A stretch of DNA of 64,000 nt from Marsupella aquatica. Taxonomy: Eukaryota; Plantae; Marchantiophyta. Positions 9,696 through 23,461 of this stretch are shown one piece after another. The notes beneath the pieces are model-generated. The model was not told where the DNA came from. It did not search any database and saw only the letters and a list, made by a program, of their open reading frames with translations. The stretch's first letter is position 1, and each line of letters starts with the position of its first letter. The stretch lies in assembly GCA_973895155.1 (NCBI GenBank), contig OZ316894.1, forward strand, positions 20,466,451 through 20,530,450. The letters are read 5' to 3'. A program made the translations under genes and the position numbers.

Positions 9696-12600
9696 AGCCA
9701 TTGTGCCTTCCAGCTTGGTCTTAATGTATATATCTTAGGACACAGTGTGAGTGACTTAGAAAGTGATTCGCAATCGCCGTTAGCATCTTTTTCAAATGCT
9801 GTCATCGTCAAAAAAATCCGGTGAAGATTATGAGACTCTGCCGAACAGAGGAAGAAACTACGGCAGTAAGAGAGAGCGAATTGTGATCGACAGACACGAA
9901 TCGGTCGTTCTCCTTTGCTCCACTGTTTGCATACAAGGAGCCCTTGCTCTGCTTGACTGCTCCTAACTCTATTCGTCCCGATGAAGCAATCCGCATACTG
10001 ATTGCCGTGGAGTTTGGTTTCACTGCACGTCCAACAGAGTCGGAACAAACTGCACGGCAATTGGAAACGAGCGGTGTTGAATTGTTGGACATTGCTTTGC
10101 AAGCGCAAGATGTGAGCTCTCTGGGAGTACCGCACTTTTTCAAAGCAGCCTGAAATGTTTTCCGTCCAAATGTGCCTGTATATCACGCATCTGACCCTTT
10201 TGGAAGCTTTCCCGTCCCTGGGATTGGGAGTGAAGAAGTTTGCTTCTGCCGGACATGCATTTTCTTTTGGTTGTTGCTGGTGATCTTGAAATTTCGTTTC
10301 AGTGTAGTCGTTCATGTATGATGAACTCGGGAAGGGTCCAGAACAAGATATAATTCTCTGCTGTTCCCTGGTATATGACAGATAGCTTACGCTCTCCACT
10401 GCTCCTTTCAAGACGAACCAGCCAGTGAGCCTCGATTCTCGGCGTTGACAACTAGCGGATATCTGTACGACTATAGTACTTCAAGCCTCCATTTCTCATG
10501 ACCATTTTCTCACAGATAAGATCTATAATCTGGTGAGTTTCTCGAGGACTTCGTTGCACACTGCATCAAGCTGACAAGTCTGCACAGCTTACTTGTATAT
10601 TAGCAAACTTGTACCGCTTACAACTTTCATTTATCCTGCCGTGTTGTACTTGCCGGTACCTCACTGGTGAAATTCTTAGTTTCTATACGCTTCCAAGTCA
10701 AAAAGAGCTTGCCGACCATGGTAAATTACGAGTTGACTGAATTCGCCTGTTGAATCTTAGAAATCCTATTCATCTGGAACTTTTGGAACATTGAAGCATA
10801 CATCCACGTCAGGATATCTGATTAAAAGGCATCGGAATGTAAGCGAGGAAAATAGCACATTAGGAAAGTGCAATTCCGTCATGCATGCGTTTAATCCATG
10901 ACCTATTAACAAAGCTGTTTTCCCAGCTTGAAAGTAGACGACGTAGTTCTATGAACTACCACGCATGTTGATAGTTTCGTGGACGCTCACAATATCCTAC
11001 CGGCAGGCCCCGAATGATCTCTTCCTTACTCCTTCCTGCAGGGCCAGTCACTTCTTACTCTCTAATCTGCAGGTCGGATAAACTCGTTTGACCTGCTGTA
11101 GTGATCGAAATCAAGCTATCTTCAAGTGTCTCCTCCTAGTGTCCTCCTAGTGTCCTTGCATTCAAATATTCGACATTATGCAAGGACAATAATCACAAAG
11201 AGTGAAGCAAACATTCTCGAGCGAATGGATATTGCTTAATGAGTTCTGCGAACTATGAGGTAGAGAGAGTGAACATATAATTAATCTGCTCCAAAAACTC
11301 TGAAATTGTTGCTAAGGTACTTTCATCGAGAGGTCTATGAGTCAGTTGCCAAGCAGGTGACAACTTCCTGAAGAAGTTGCATAATAAGAAAAATGTCCTT
11401 GCATAATGCCGAACAGAAGATGGTGGGGCCTAGAATCCACTAGCATTGTTTGATGATTATTGCAGCTTTGTCAATGCAATAATATTTTGTAGCAACCGGG
11501 ACCAAATTTGAAAGAACATTAGCAGCGGTGAATTGCTGAAGGCCTTCAAGTATGCACTGCCAAAGAGTTCCCTCGTGAAACATGCTCCAGACGGGCTGAA
11601 CAGAGGAGATAAGTCATAGTTCGGTGACAATTTGTCTTGTATTGGATTCCTACCTCGGATTTACATGGAAGGACTCACTGTCCAATTTTTCTGCAATTCT
11701 CGTTTCTAGGAATGAGCTACGCGAATCCTCAAGTCAACCTACAAGTTCTGATATGTTTGGACATCCAAAACAGAGAGTCTGTGTGAGCCGTGGTTGTCTT
11801 GGGCCTCCCCTCTTGTGTTTCTTGCCTGCGCTGATGTGCCTTCATTTTGTCTACATATCCTGCTTCAGTAGATCCGCTGAGTTCCACTCATTACTTGTGA
11901 GCTCGATAGCCGTCAAAGCGAATCACAGGGGCGAGTCATGTACAGAGTCGTGTATATGAATTAAGTTATAATTTCCTGCACACACCAGATTCATTCTAGG
12001 TCAGTCGTGGTTTGGCAAACTTGGCTGGGATCAAAGCCAGCTTGTTGAATTAGAAATAAAAACTCTTGACCGGATGAAATGGAACAGTTCCTGTGCACAG
12101 CTTCGATATAAAAGTCCCTTGACGGGACTCGCATTAGGACTCTTTTACAATTTCGGCGGACGTCTCAAAACAAAGACCGGCCTCGAATCTCCAATCTGTT
12201 ACGGAAAGGTCTTGGTGCTGAGGAGCCTGTACTTTGTAGGCTCGATCGACCATCTAACCTTTAACATATTCACGTCTTGAGTACCTGCCGGGGGACCTGC
12301 TGTTCTCCAGAATCCAGACATTGGCTTGTGGTCCCATTCTTTTCTGTTGCCGTCAGGGCTTTGTGTTCGAGCTGGATTGACATCAATCATGAAGCGGGAA
12401 TCTAGTCTACGTACTCGGTTGAAGACTTGAAAACCACCAGACCACCAAATATGTTTAGCACATAATATCTATATCGAGTTAAAGCGTCGTGCAACGCTTG
12501 TTTATGGTGACAAATGACGATTAGTAAGGATGTTGAAGACTACGCAGACATACGACCCAGGAATCAGACAGTACGCCTTAAGGACATGTGAAGAGGGAGG

Positions 12601-14885
12601 TGATGGTTCGCGGTAATTGCACTTCAAAATATGATATATACGACTTATATCCATACTATGATAAATCTCATTTTTTCTTTAAATTAATGAGTACACACCT
12701 TATTTTACCACTTATGATTACACTTTATGATGTGTGATTACCGGGAGGGGTGATTGATGCAGGGCCGCAGGGGTCCAATGCACAGTACTAACACAAGAAT
12801 CTGACAAGGATATATGGAGGACAGGAGGAGTACTTGCCCAAGAGTAGCGCAGATGTCCGTGCAGCCTTCGGGCACTGAGCGTGAAAGCCGCAATAATACT
12901 CTTCTCTGCTCTTACTTGTCCAGTCGTCCCAGTGCTGCACTCCAGAATTGTATTCAATAGAATTGATGGATCTGTCAGAGCCAGAAATTTTTCCTTGATG
13001 TATGATAACTGGTCTTGGCCGCATGAAATCAAGTTTGGTAGCATCAAGGTAAATCTGCCACCTTGCGAGAAAAGGACGGCCCATTCCATGGACTCAGCAC
13101 ACTTACTTAGAGTAATGAGCTGTTATGACCTACGGTGTCTAACCCCACGGGGTCTAACCGGTCGTCTAACGTGAGTCCCAGCTCCCAATGCCTTTACGTG
13201 TAGATACGTTACTCTAGAAACGTTTCTTTCTCATTTACTAGCGTCTGATCACGGGGTCGGACAGGTGGGATCGAGAAACCTTCCTTGGAATCTGCGCACT
13301 CTGTGTCACTGGTTGTTCATTTCTATATACTGTGTAGATAATCGAGCTACAATAAATAGGTGTGCTGTGTGTGGGAAGGAAATAGACACCAATTTGAAAT
13401 AGACACCCTTCATTCGAATGTGGTCGTTAGACGGTAAGCTGACCCGTAATCTGGTGGGTGTTTGGTTTTGTCAATGGACATCCAGACGCTCATTATTTGC
13501 TCCCCATTTAACTCCAGCACCCTTTTACGTACCCAACGTTGTTACGACTTAGACAATTGAATGAGCTTCAGCTTCTGCACTTGGCCATGGTCGTGAACAT
13601 GGTATGTAGAGGAATTGCAGGTCGCGCATGCATTTAGGTTTTAGCGCAAGAATGGCCGTTAAACAGTAGAAGCTCATTGTGGCGATCGAATACCGTAAAC
13701 AGCATTGTCATTTTTAGAAGTATCCAATTAGCCAATGCGGTAGATTGGGCTGGGCTGGGCTGGGTCGCCGCTGTCGTATGGCATTCCCAAGAATGCACCT
13801 GATGAGTGAGTGCCTGCAATTGTACTAGACATTCACTCATCAATAGATCGAGGCGATTGACGAACAACTTTTGCAAAAGAGCTTTTCCTTCTCTGGTAGT
13901 TAGACTTAAGTACTGTACATCAGACTTAAAGCTAACAACACGTCAACTTGAATGTCTCATACAAGTTGATAAAATGATCAACCCTTCATCGCAAATGGTG
14001 AGATCTAGATTGACGAAACAGATCAATGGATGGATGGCCTCGATTGCGGCTGTGGCGCCATTATTTTGCAGGACAGACGTAGCGAAATGGGAATCCAAGG
14101 ATCCAAGGTATGTAACAGCAAAGCATGATTGCGGCCCTTCAGATAATTTTAGATTTCAGGCTGATGTATTTTCTTTATTCTTCTCCGGGGAACGAATTCT
14201 AAACTTTGATTATTGTCGTTCAACACAAAACCTTTTCATTTCCAATAGCGTCTGAGATTTTCACTCGATAGCCATCGTATATCTTGAGCCTGACATGTAA
14301 GAAAGCATTGCATCGTCAGTGGGCCAAAAAAGCTTTTAGCCTGGAAAACTTAGAGATATACTTACAATATCATAGCTATGACACTTTTGCAAAGTGCCTC
14401 TCCCTTTCTCTCATGTAAAGTGTCTCTCTTTTTCTCTCATCAGAAGGTCCCGCCAATTAACATGAATCCAACGAGGGCCACAATAATTGAGAACAAAGCG
14501 CCATGAAAACAGGAGAGCCACAACAAGTTTAGATAAGTGTAACATGCAAATGAAAAGGGTAGATTCTTTGAAAACCCCTTGTCCATGCATCCATTAGTGT
14601 ACTCGTTAAGTCTGACAACTCATGCGTTTGTGTCGCTCCGTTCAAGGGAAATGGTGACATGTCCTACACTAGTCTACGCACTCTCTTCATCCAAAGCTTA
14701 GGGTAAGTGCCTGGGCAATTGAAGCGTTAGGGGAGTTGGTTGATTCGACATCACGTGGATGCCGAAATTACGGAGGGAAAGGGCATTGAGCACTTTTAGT
14801 GGCTAAAATTCACCAGATTCCATCGCGATGACAAGTGTTAGACATTTTCGGCAATATTTGTCAGGCATTTGTCTTCAAGTCTAAT

Positions 14886-15190
14886 TAGCCAGTGTTTCAC
14901 CTAGCCCAGACCCCATTAGCCAGATTCTGACAATTATCCTCAAATCTCGGGAGATCTAGGGTGAGGAAGTAATATAGTAAAATTACCCTTCAAGTTTTCA
15001 AATAGCCAGTTTCTCATCTAGCTCACACCCCATTCACCAGAATCTGAACATTATACTCAATCTAGGGAGATCTAGGGTCAAGAATTAATATAGCAAAATT
15101 ACTCTTCAGGTTTTCAAACAGCCAGTTTTTCACGTAGCCTCGGACCCTATGGCCAGAATCTGACCATTATCCTCAAATCTACGGAGATAT
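14886..15190. repeat. Tandem repeat, ~117 bp x ~2.6
   Basis: AGCCAGT.TT.CA.CTAGC...CCAGAATCTGA...TTATCCTCAAATCT..GGAGATCTAGGG units. Confidence 0.85.
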
Positions 15191-16528
15191 CTAAGGGAAC
15201 TAAAATGAGATATTCACTTTACAAAAGTGGATATTGTCAATACTATTTATAAACTAAATCTTCAATTTAAGACAAAGAAAATTAAGAATATATGAAGTGG
15301 TCTAAGATCTGAAATGGTTGTGTGAGATATATAAGTTGACCCCTCAAAAATATAAAACTAAGGACAGAAGTGGGGAGCACTTTGGAGAAAAAAAGGAGTC
15401 AAGGAAAGGGTTAGAAGCCTACAAAAATAAAACTCATCCCTTGGAAGGTGTCAATGGGGAAGTTGGAAGTTGGAGTGAACAATGGAAAATGGTGGCTTTG
15501 AGGTCTTTTGTCCTTCTGTACAATAGTAGAGTTCCTATCAGATTACTCTGAAATTAAACACCCTTCCCCACATGGTATAAAAAGCTTTTAGGAAGTCCTA
15601 TCAGATGTAAATAAATCAGCTTAAGGTCTCCTTGGTTATGTAAGTTAGTTTGTTTTATTGAATTATTTTGAGCCATGAATAGTTGCACATTGGAATAGAT
15701 GATGAGAGGCCAAAGATTAAATGGAGAATTCTTAATGAAAAGATTTCAAAGATAGTCAAGACAATTTCATTGAAGACAAATAGGACTACATCCATCCATG
15801 GTAATACCGAGGGTAATTTTCCATGCAAAATCTCCCCGCATTGCCTTTATCTCTATACAATACATGTAACATTCTATATAGTTAATGCAAAATATCACTT
15901 TGTTCATACTAGTTGAAAGTTCTTAGAGTCCATTGATATTCTTCTAAACCCAAAGTACTTATGGTGTTACTTATGTGTGTTCGTTACTCTTCTATCCATA
16001 GTAGCCAAAAGGTTTCTTAAGTTACCTTGGTAAATGTTAGAATAGTTGAAGAGTTCTTTCTACTTGTCATTATTTCAAAATGTGTAAATTATAATTTTCT
16101 TTGTTTATTTTAAATGTTATTTTTTCAGTTTTTCATTGTTTTTACAGTTACAGGGTCTAACGGTTTTTTTGTTGCCTTGCCTCAAACACGAATAGTCAAA
16201 TTTAGTTCTTCTTGCATAACTAACAGTTATTGTTTGCAACAAATCCTGCTAATGCGAGTGCACATGCATCCAGAAAATTTGGAAAGAACTTCCCATGGGG
16301 GTTGGTAGTCAACAAAGCAATTTGTTTGAGATCTGTAAAGATGAGATGATCCTCCCAAGGATCCTCCAAAAGGAAAGGAAATTATAGGAAAGTAGCTTGT
16401 TTTATAGTCTTTGCAAAAACAGATTCTCATCGTAATAAGAATAATTAATCATTCCCTTTAAGAGGCGGGATAACCTTTTTAATTATTCTCTTTTATGGTG
16501 GTGCTTGGGGTTGGTTTCACTCCAATCT

Positions 16529-16906
16529 TGTTAGGTTATGCTTTTAGTATAATCAATTGACTTTCATAGTACTACTTACTTAGATTTTGTTAAACTAGGA
16601 TAACATTTGTTTGAGTTGCAGGTTCCCATAGACCATGGGAGGGGGTATACCCAAGGGAAACACAAACTTGTGCTCACACTTGAACATTCACTCTTTAAGA
16701 GAAAGAGTAAGAGGAGGAGCTCTAACGTGTTAGTTATGGCAAGTGTAATCATTTAATTTGCATTACTGAAACTTTTCTTACGGCCACGGACATAGCCTAG
16801 ACAGGATGAACCATGCACTTTCAATGTTGGAATTCATGGATGTTTGTTCGCGTGTGTTGACATTCTCTCATTCAGTCTAGATTTATCCCACAATTGGTAT
16901 CCGAGC
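16529..16906 (+). mobile_element. Degraded LTR end followed by a tRNA-iMet primer-binding site
   Basis: ...CCCACA-AT-TGGTATCCGAGC (16895-16906; canonical PBS is TGGTATCAGAGC). The upstream U5-like motif CACGGACATAGCC...GATGAACCA is common in plant LTRs. The LTR start is uncertain and there is no intact gag downstream. Confidence 0.6.
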
Positions 16907-19900
16907 TTGGGAGCAAGGCTAAGAATTGTTTGGGGCTCATTGTGATCAATTTGAATGTAGTTTCTGTTACAAGATTTGAGTGTGTACGTGCTCCCAGGCA
17001 GAGTAACACAGACTCTTGTGTTTTGAAGGTGAGAAGAGTACTCTTCATGTTTTGACCATTTTCTTCCTTGTTAGCACAATCCAAGGTTTGCTTACTCGAT
17101 TTTGCTTGCATTTTTGTTGTTAGTTTGATCCAAGAGTTCACATATGTAGCTAGAGGCTTCACTCTAGACCCTAGGCCCTTAAGAGTAGACTTCTTTCGCA
17201 CTTTTATAGTACAAGTTCTTTTGTTATAAGGAGGGTTTTGGTAAATTTGGATGCTACTCAAGATCTTAATCTGCAGCAGTATTGTTGCTAAATCCATGTT
17301 CTAGAGAGTACTGCTATAGTTACAAAGAGTGCTTCAAATAAAGTTTCTGCTGCAGAGATATTGGAAATAATGTACTTCAAAGGATGCTTCTCTTGTTACA
17401 AGGAATGCTTCAAGTACTTTGCTGTTCTGGAGCTTTTGGAGATTTTGAATTTACAAACAAAATCTGAATCTTCAATCAATTCCATCTGGTTTTTCAATTG
17501 ATTTTTAGGTGCATACAATCTCTTTCCCATAACAAAAGCATAGATAAAGAATCAATGTGAACATTTACCATCCATTCATAATTGTATTGTCTCATGATTT
17601 GGTTTAAAATGGTGTTCATGGGGATAGCTAAAAACAAAGTAGCTAACAAAGTAACAGTCCATCCAATAAGTTTATTATGTTTTATTTTGTTTAGATCTCA
17701 TATTCTGAGTGCAAAAAAGTTATGCTTTAGTTTACATAATGTTAGGATGTTTATTTTGTATAGATCAAATAATGTAACTGTAAAAAAGTTATCAGTCCAT
17801 CTTATCCTCAAGCCAAATATTGTGGTCCATCCTAACTTCAACCTGTTTTGCAGGTGAAGTGTACATTATAATTTGAATACTGCAGGAAAATAAATAGACT
17901 GAAACCCCCATGGACCTAAATGTCCATAGCTTATGGATCGAAACCAGGTGGACTGCACAAATTATGAGTATTTGTTAGACAGGGTCCCAAAATGAATTGT
18001 GTTATTTGATATGATCCCTAGAAATATCCCTCTAAGTTTTGGGCTGGCTGATGTAAGATCCATAAACGGTATTGGTCACTCAAGGAACTCAGGGATCCTA
18101 TAAGCAACACGTGTCATTTTGGTGTCATATTTTGTGGGTCCTCTTGACTAAAGTCCACTTTTTTTTTTGGTCAAAAGTGCTCTGTCTCGTCCGGGTCGTA
18201 AGGTTCGTAGAGTGGTCCATCAGGGTTGCGTTCATTTTCGTGAAAAAGGTTAATGTCTACTCATATAAAATCCAACTCTGTCATTATTCTTCTGTACTTT
18301 AGTTCAGAGTTCGTTAATGCTCAGTCTGTCAGTCAGCTGCGAAATCCTCAAACTTTTGGAAAGGTTCACTCAAACGCAATGTTGGTCACTTGGTCATGCC
18401 GGCAAACTTCTCGGCTGTCTAGCGTTCTGTAATCTGTATAGTGTAGATGCTGTTGGATTCCATTCATGAATGCTCTGAGATCGTTGGCTTATTTGGCACT
18501 GGATGATCAGTTCGAACAGACGTGAAGTGGAAACCAAACGAGGACCAGCGAAGTCAGGGCAAGGTGGACTGAAACATCTGAAACAGGTCTTTCAGGATGC
18601 TTAATACAATCTTTCAGTGCTTCAAAGTTGACCCGAACTTGGTGCTGAAGATGACTACGAAGTGAAGGAATCGATCAGTTTGACAGTAGAAATGAAATCA
18701 GAAGCCGAGAATCCGTTGGGTTCAGGTCACCAAAAGAAGTCGTCCTCCAACCACGTATTGGACCTTTTAAACATATGCTGCTATCGTGTTAAACTATTTC
18801 ACCATCGTTCCTGAGCTTCCTGATCACCTCCTGAGATATCGGCGATCGATCAAGCACCAGTACTGGTCAAGCAGGGATGTTTCAATCAAGTATCAGCTCG
18901 GCCATAATTCCTGCAAGACGACATCAACTGTTTAGATAATGCAGACCATCTGTGTGAATTGCTAGACACATTGTGCATTTCGCTTCCCATTTAGTTGAGG
19001 CGGTTCTCGTCGTTTACTGATTTGCGACATGCCACAGGACTTCAGTCTACAGATTGGGTGGAAAGACTCAGCAATGCAAGACCTCATCTCAAAATGCAAA
19101 GTCTCATCCTAGAGTCGGATCACTGTTCAAGTTCCTACATCCCTACCTCCTCTGTATTCAACCAATCTTAAAAACATCAGTTAGATCTGACTCTAAAGTT
19201 TATTAGATTGGCCGTAGGGGTTCCCTGCTGAAACGAGTTGATCGTTGTCACTGTTTACCAAGCAAAAGTGCGTGTACTGAATGGGTCTATTGCAAGTTTC
19301 TTCTTCATAACTAATTGCTTCCAAATATATAGCAGGACCACAAAGCACTGGGCATGCATGCAGCAAGCACTCTACTCTCGATAAGTTTTCCCTTTCATCT
19401 CTAGTTTCACCGAGCAGTTCTCCAGAGTTGTGATCGATGCTCTAGCTCAAGCGGGAGCCTTTCGAATTCTCAAGATCCACACCGGGGAAGCTCTGTACAG
19501 TAGATCCAAGTCAGGCGTTCGAAAGTTCGACTGCATCATCAGCTGAGTAGTCTGTAGACTGGCCAGGATCATACACTACTATAGCTAATCGACGCCGAAT
19601 CGCCTGATTCCGCTTGAATCAGGACGTTAGTCTGCCATCCCGATATAATTAGAGTTACGCCCGCCTTTCGAAAGTGGACCACTATTTCGACTCAATTAGT
19701 TCGTTAGTATCCAAGTATATCTAACATTCTAAATATATAAGGTGGCCGGCATCACGATCATGCTGTAACGTCGATTGCTCCAAAAGCAATTCAGCGCAAA
19801 CATCAATTCAGCGCATATACAGGTCGAGAAATAGGAAAGCATATTCCCCTTTTCCGTTGCGAACCTCAAACAAGCTAGGGTCTATTTGGTAGCTTAAAAC

Positions 19901-20542
19901 AGAAAATGAGAAGCTGCACGGTGTTCCTGGCCACCAAACACGTTATCCTAGTAGTACAGTTGTTAGAACAGGAATTACAGGATTGGAAGATCCGTGAAGC
20001 ACGAGCTAGTATCCCCATAATGTCAATGAACAATCATCGTCTGGTGCACGCAGTCACGCAGACGCATTCGCCCGTATCGTTTTGCTTAGACGCTTTAATT
20101 CTGTTCGGCACACAAGTTGACGACCGGGGAACAGAGAATTTTACTGCTGCACCGTAGAGTCGTAGAAGCTTCACAAGCAGTTTTGTGGAGTCCATCGAAA
20201 ATCAGTTCGAAAGCAGCACTCCTTTCGATGCAACGAACGCCAAGTGGCAATAAAAGCTACGGTAGGTCGCTGTTCCATTGAATTCTTTCGAGGCAAAGAA
20301 GAAGATGCTGCGACAGGTCTGATGAAGTTACACACCTCTTCGATAATTCATCTTTCAAGGCACAAACATCGTCGGTGATTCCTTCGGACGATCGGGGACT
20401 GTAGAGAAGATTAGATTAGCCGTCCAACTGTCCAAGGCGTTCAGGCATGCTCGACACGCTGGGTCTTGCCTTCGTCTCAAGAGCTTCATAAATGCCAGAT
20501 CACTTACAAATTCTCGACGAGCTTGTAACTTCATCTTGATCA

Positions 20543-20690
20543 TCTGATGAAGTTACACACCTTGTGCAAGTTGATAAGTGTTGGATCTGATGAAGTTACA
20601 CACCTTGTGCAAGTTGATAAGTGTTGGATCCGGCCTTCTTTTTCCTTACTCCCAATACAAAAAAGCTCTACTCCCAATACAAAAAAGCTC
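20543..20690. repeat. Adjacent tandem duplications (43 bp x2 and 22 bp x2)
   Basis: TCTGATGAAGTTACACACCTTGTGCAAGTTGATAAGTGTTGGA x2 (partial third copy near 20318), then ACTCCCAATACAAAAAAGCTC x2. Confidence 0.9.
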
Positions 20691-23461
20691 ATGAGCGAGA
20701 AAGATACACAGCCGTTGGATTTGATTGGCTGTTTGCTTTGAATACAAGTGAAAAATTCCTTTGGAATATTAACTTTATTCTTTGGTCACAAATGTTTATA
20801 CGGTAAGTATAGGTATGATATAAATCATTAAAATAGAGGCTGGACACCTGGAATGGCCTTGATGAGAACCTACTATCGTCTATCTTTGGTTTGCCATATA
20901 ACCCAAGTGTACAAAAGTTATAAATGCAATCATGGAACCTAAAGTAAAGTTTCCTTTGGAAGTTTGGAGTACTATCTTATGACCCATGGCACGGTGGCTA
21001 ATGTCTATGCTAAGTATAGCCATGATATAAATAGAGGCTGGACACTCTGAACTTGATTTTGTGAGAACCAAGTTATATTGTCTATCTTTGGTTTGCCATA
21101 GGACTGAAGCCGGCACATGTATGTCATTGAAGTGGACAAAGTGTGGCAAAATACTCTACTCTTACTGTCTTTCATGTTTCCATATAATAATAGAAGTAGT
21201 TAAGGCATTTGTGTAAACCAGATAATCCTATCAAAAGAGTATAATAGTCAATCCTGCCAAAATGGGGATAACAAACAATGTGTGTTTTCAAATAGTTATC
21301 AGCTCAGCCGGGAGTGGGTATGGGTGCGTCTGATGGTGTTGAAAAACCAGACTATCTCAACCATGTTTTGGTTTCAGAATGGTTGTTAGTCTTTCCATAA
21401 CCAGACTTCTAACGTGTTTTAGAAGGGGAAGCTACTCATGAACTCATTGCAAGCTGGGCAACTACAGTAGGTTGCAGGTTACTGTTTCTATAAATTCCTA
21501 TTCCTACAACTTACTATCGCAAGTACATGTGATGCACACACTTTTGCAGAGAAAGAGCAGAATTGTGTGGTAGGTATTAAACTTCCATAACCACACGTGC
21601 TGCAATATTGGGATGTTTGTGGACGAACAGACTTGACTAAAGACCTAGTCTATCAAGCGAGTCTTTCCCACGCGTAATCTCCTGCAGATACACATTAAAC
21701 AGTAAAATCGGAGTGTACGTTCCACCATGTTTTTGGACAACTAGTATTTGCCTACAGCCCAGTCTCTCAAGTGGGTCTTTCCCAAGTTTAGTCTCCTGCA
21801 CTGAGATACACACTAGAGAGCCAAATGGCAGAGTATGTTCTCCTCAGGAAAGCAACTTTGTTGTGGAATCTTGCTTGTGTTTTTGTCGTTTTGAATATTT
21901 TGAAATGAAAAATTATTGGTATGTATATACTACCTAAGGATTATAAATCAGATTATATATTTTGGTAAACTAACTTATCTGCAGGGATAGAAAAATTGCT
22001 GTTCTGCTCGCATGCACAACCCGTTCTACATTTCAAGCAGCTCATTGTTCAATTTGGACCACAACTTATGTTTACTCCAAGTGAAAAAGTCTCACGAGAT
22101 CTATTGAAAACATCCCTAAAATGAGGAGTGGTTTATATATTGGATATGAGATATTATTCAACCTTGAAAAGACCATATAATATTTTGATCACCTTTAAGT
22201 ATGAGATTAGGGGGGGGGGAGGGCGGGCTTGAACTTTAAACGAGCACATGGTATTCACATTCTATTTACTCACGTTCTATTTACTAGAAATCCTTACGTA
22301 TGCAGTGTGGGCTCAATGCCTCGGCATTCAGGCTAGTAATTTGCAACTCGAATGGTACCTAAGATTTTGCCTGAGTGTGCTCTTGCAGTGCTGACCATGT
22401 ACAGTATTTAGCAGCCTGCTTTTGGCTTATTTGCCTTGAAAACTGAAGGCATTGGATACCATTCAATGACACAGCCGAAGAAGAAATCGTGTGACTCTGC
22501 ATCTTGCATCTTGCAAAGCTGACCATACTGTTAAGTAGTTGGCATTCTTTTTGGACTAGAAAGCCGATATCATTGAATAACATTCATTGACACAGAGCGT
22601 ACAGCGAGGCCGTCCCAGACAGGAGAGGCATTCATGTGAGGCATTCATGCCTCTACCTGCAGAATCTATCGCCGATTGATCCAGCTCAAGACAGTACCTG
22701 CTGTCGACAATTATTCTCATGGGTTCACCACTTGATATCTCAATAGGTTTCCAACCGATCAATCAAACAAAAGGGAATAAAATAATTCATAAAATTCTGT
22801 CGTCTAAAAGGCATGAAAACAGCAATCCTTCGATCTCAATTCTTAAATATGGGTCAATTACTGCACAGTAGTGACTCTAGCTTTGCAGCTCTTTTCCGCG
22901 ATTCAAGAACGTTTTGAAGGCGAGTCTTGAAAGTTGAACATCGTGACTTCCACCGACCCACTCATCACCTCCATTGTCAGTCTACATCAATTCTTGGTCC
23001 AGGCTCCGGTTGTCGATGACATTCACAATGCGATGGACACACCTATCTTGATCGAGGCTATAGATCTGGCGGCAGCTTCGAGATTTCTTGATCTGGATTG
23101 AAGTACGCATTCAGTTGTTTCCTCTACGTCTGTAAGCATTCATCCGCCCTACTCATGGCTCCGAAAATGTGGCCTCGGTGATTTCTAGAATAGAAAGTCT
23201 TTTCCCAAAATAATATCAACTCCTTTGGACAAGCAACTACCATCACTCATTTAAAAGAATCATACTAGCTCAAGTCTACCCCCACCCTTTGGCAATCGTT
23301 TCCTGAAGATGGAAACAGCAGAACCTGTTGAGAGATGCCACGCCAGAGACGACAGCGGCAAGACGATTGAGCTCAGCGAGAACCTGACATGCGTATGAAA
23401 AATCTGTACAAGGAGTAAAAGCGATAACTGGTTCGAGAATAAATCAATCAATCGATGTCTG

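Noticed and set aside
9686-10411. 241-aa ORF as a possible third WRC paralogue
   Set aside because: Cys spacing does not fit C-x9-C-x10-C-x2-H and none of the shared motifs are present. It starts at a non-ATG codon and runs into the tRNA gene.
22440-22580. Ankyrin-like fragment VTLHLAS...LAFFLD*KADI
   Set aside because: A single degenerate unit with stops; not enough to support a call.
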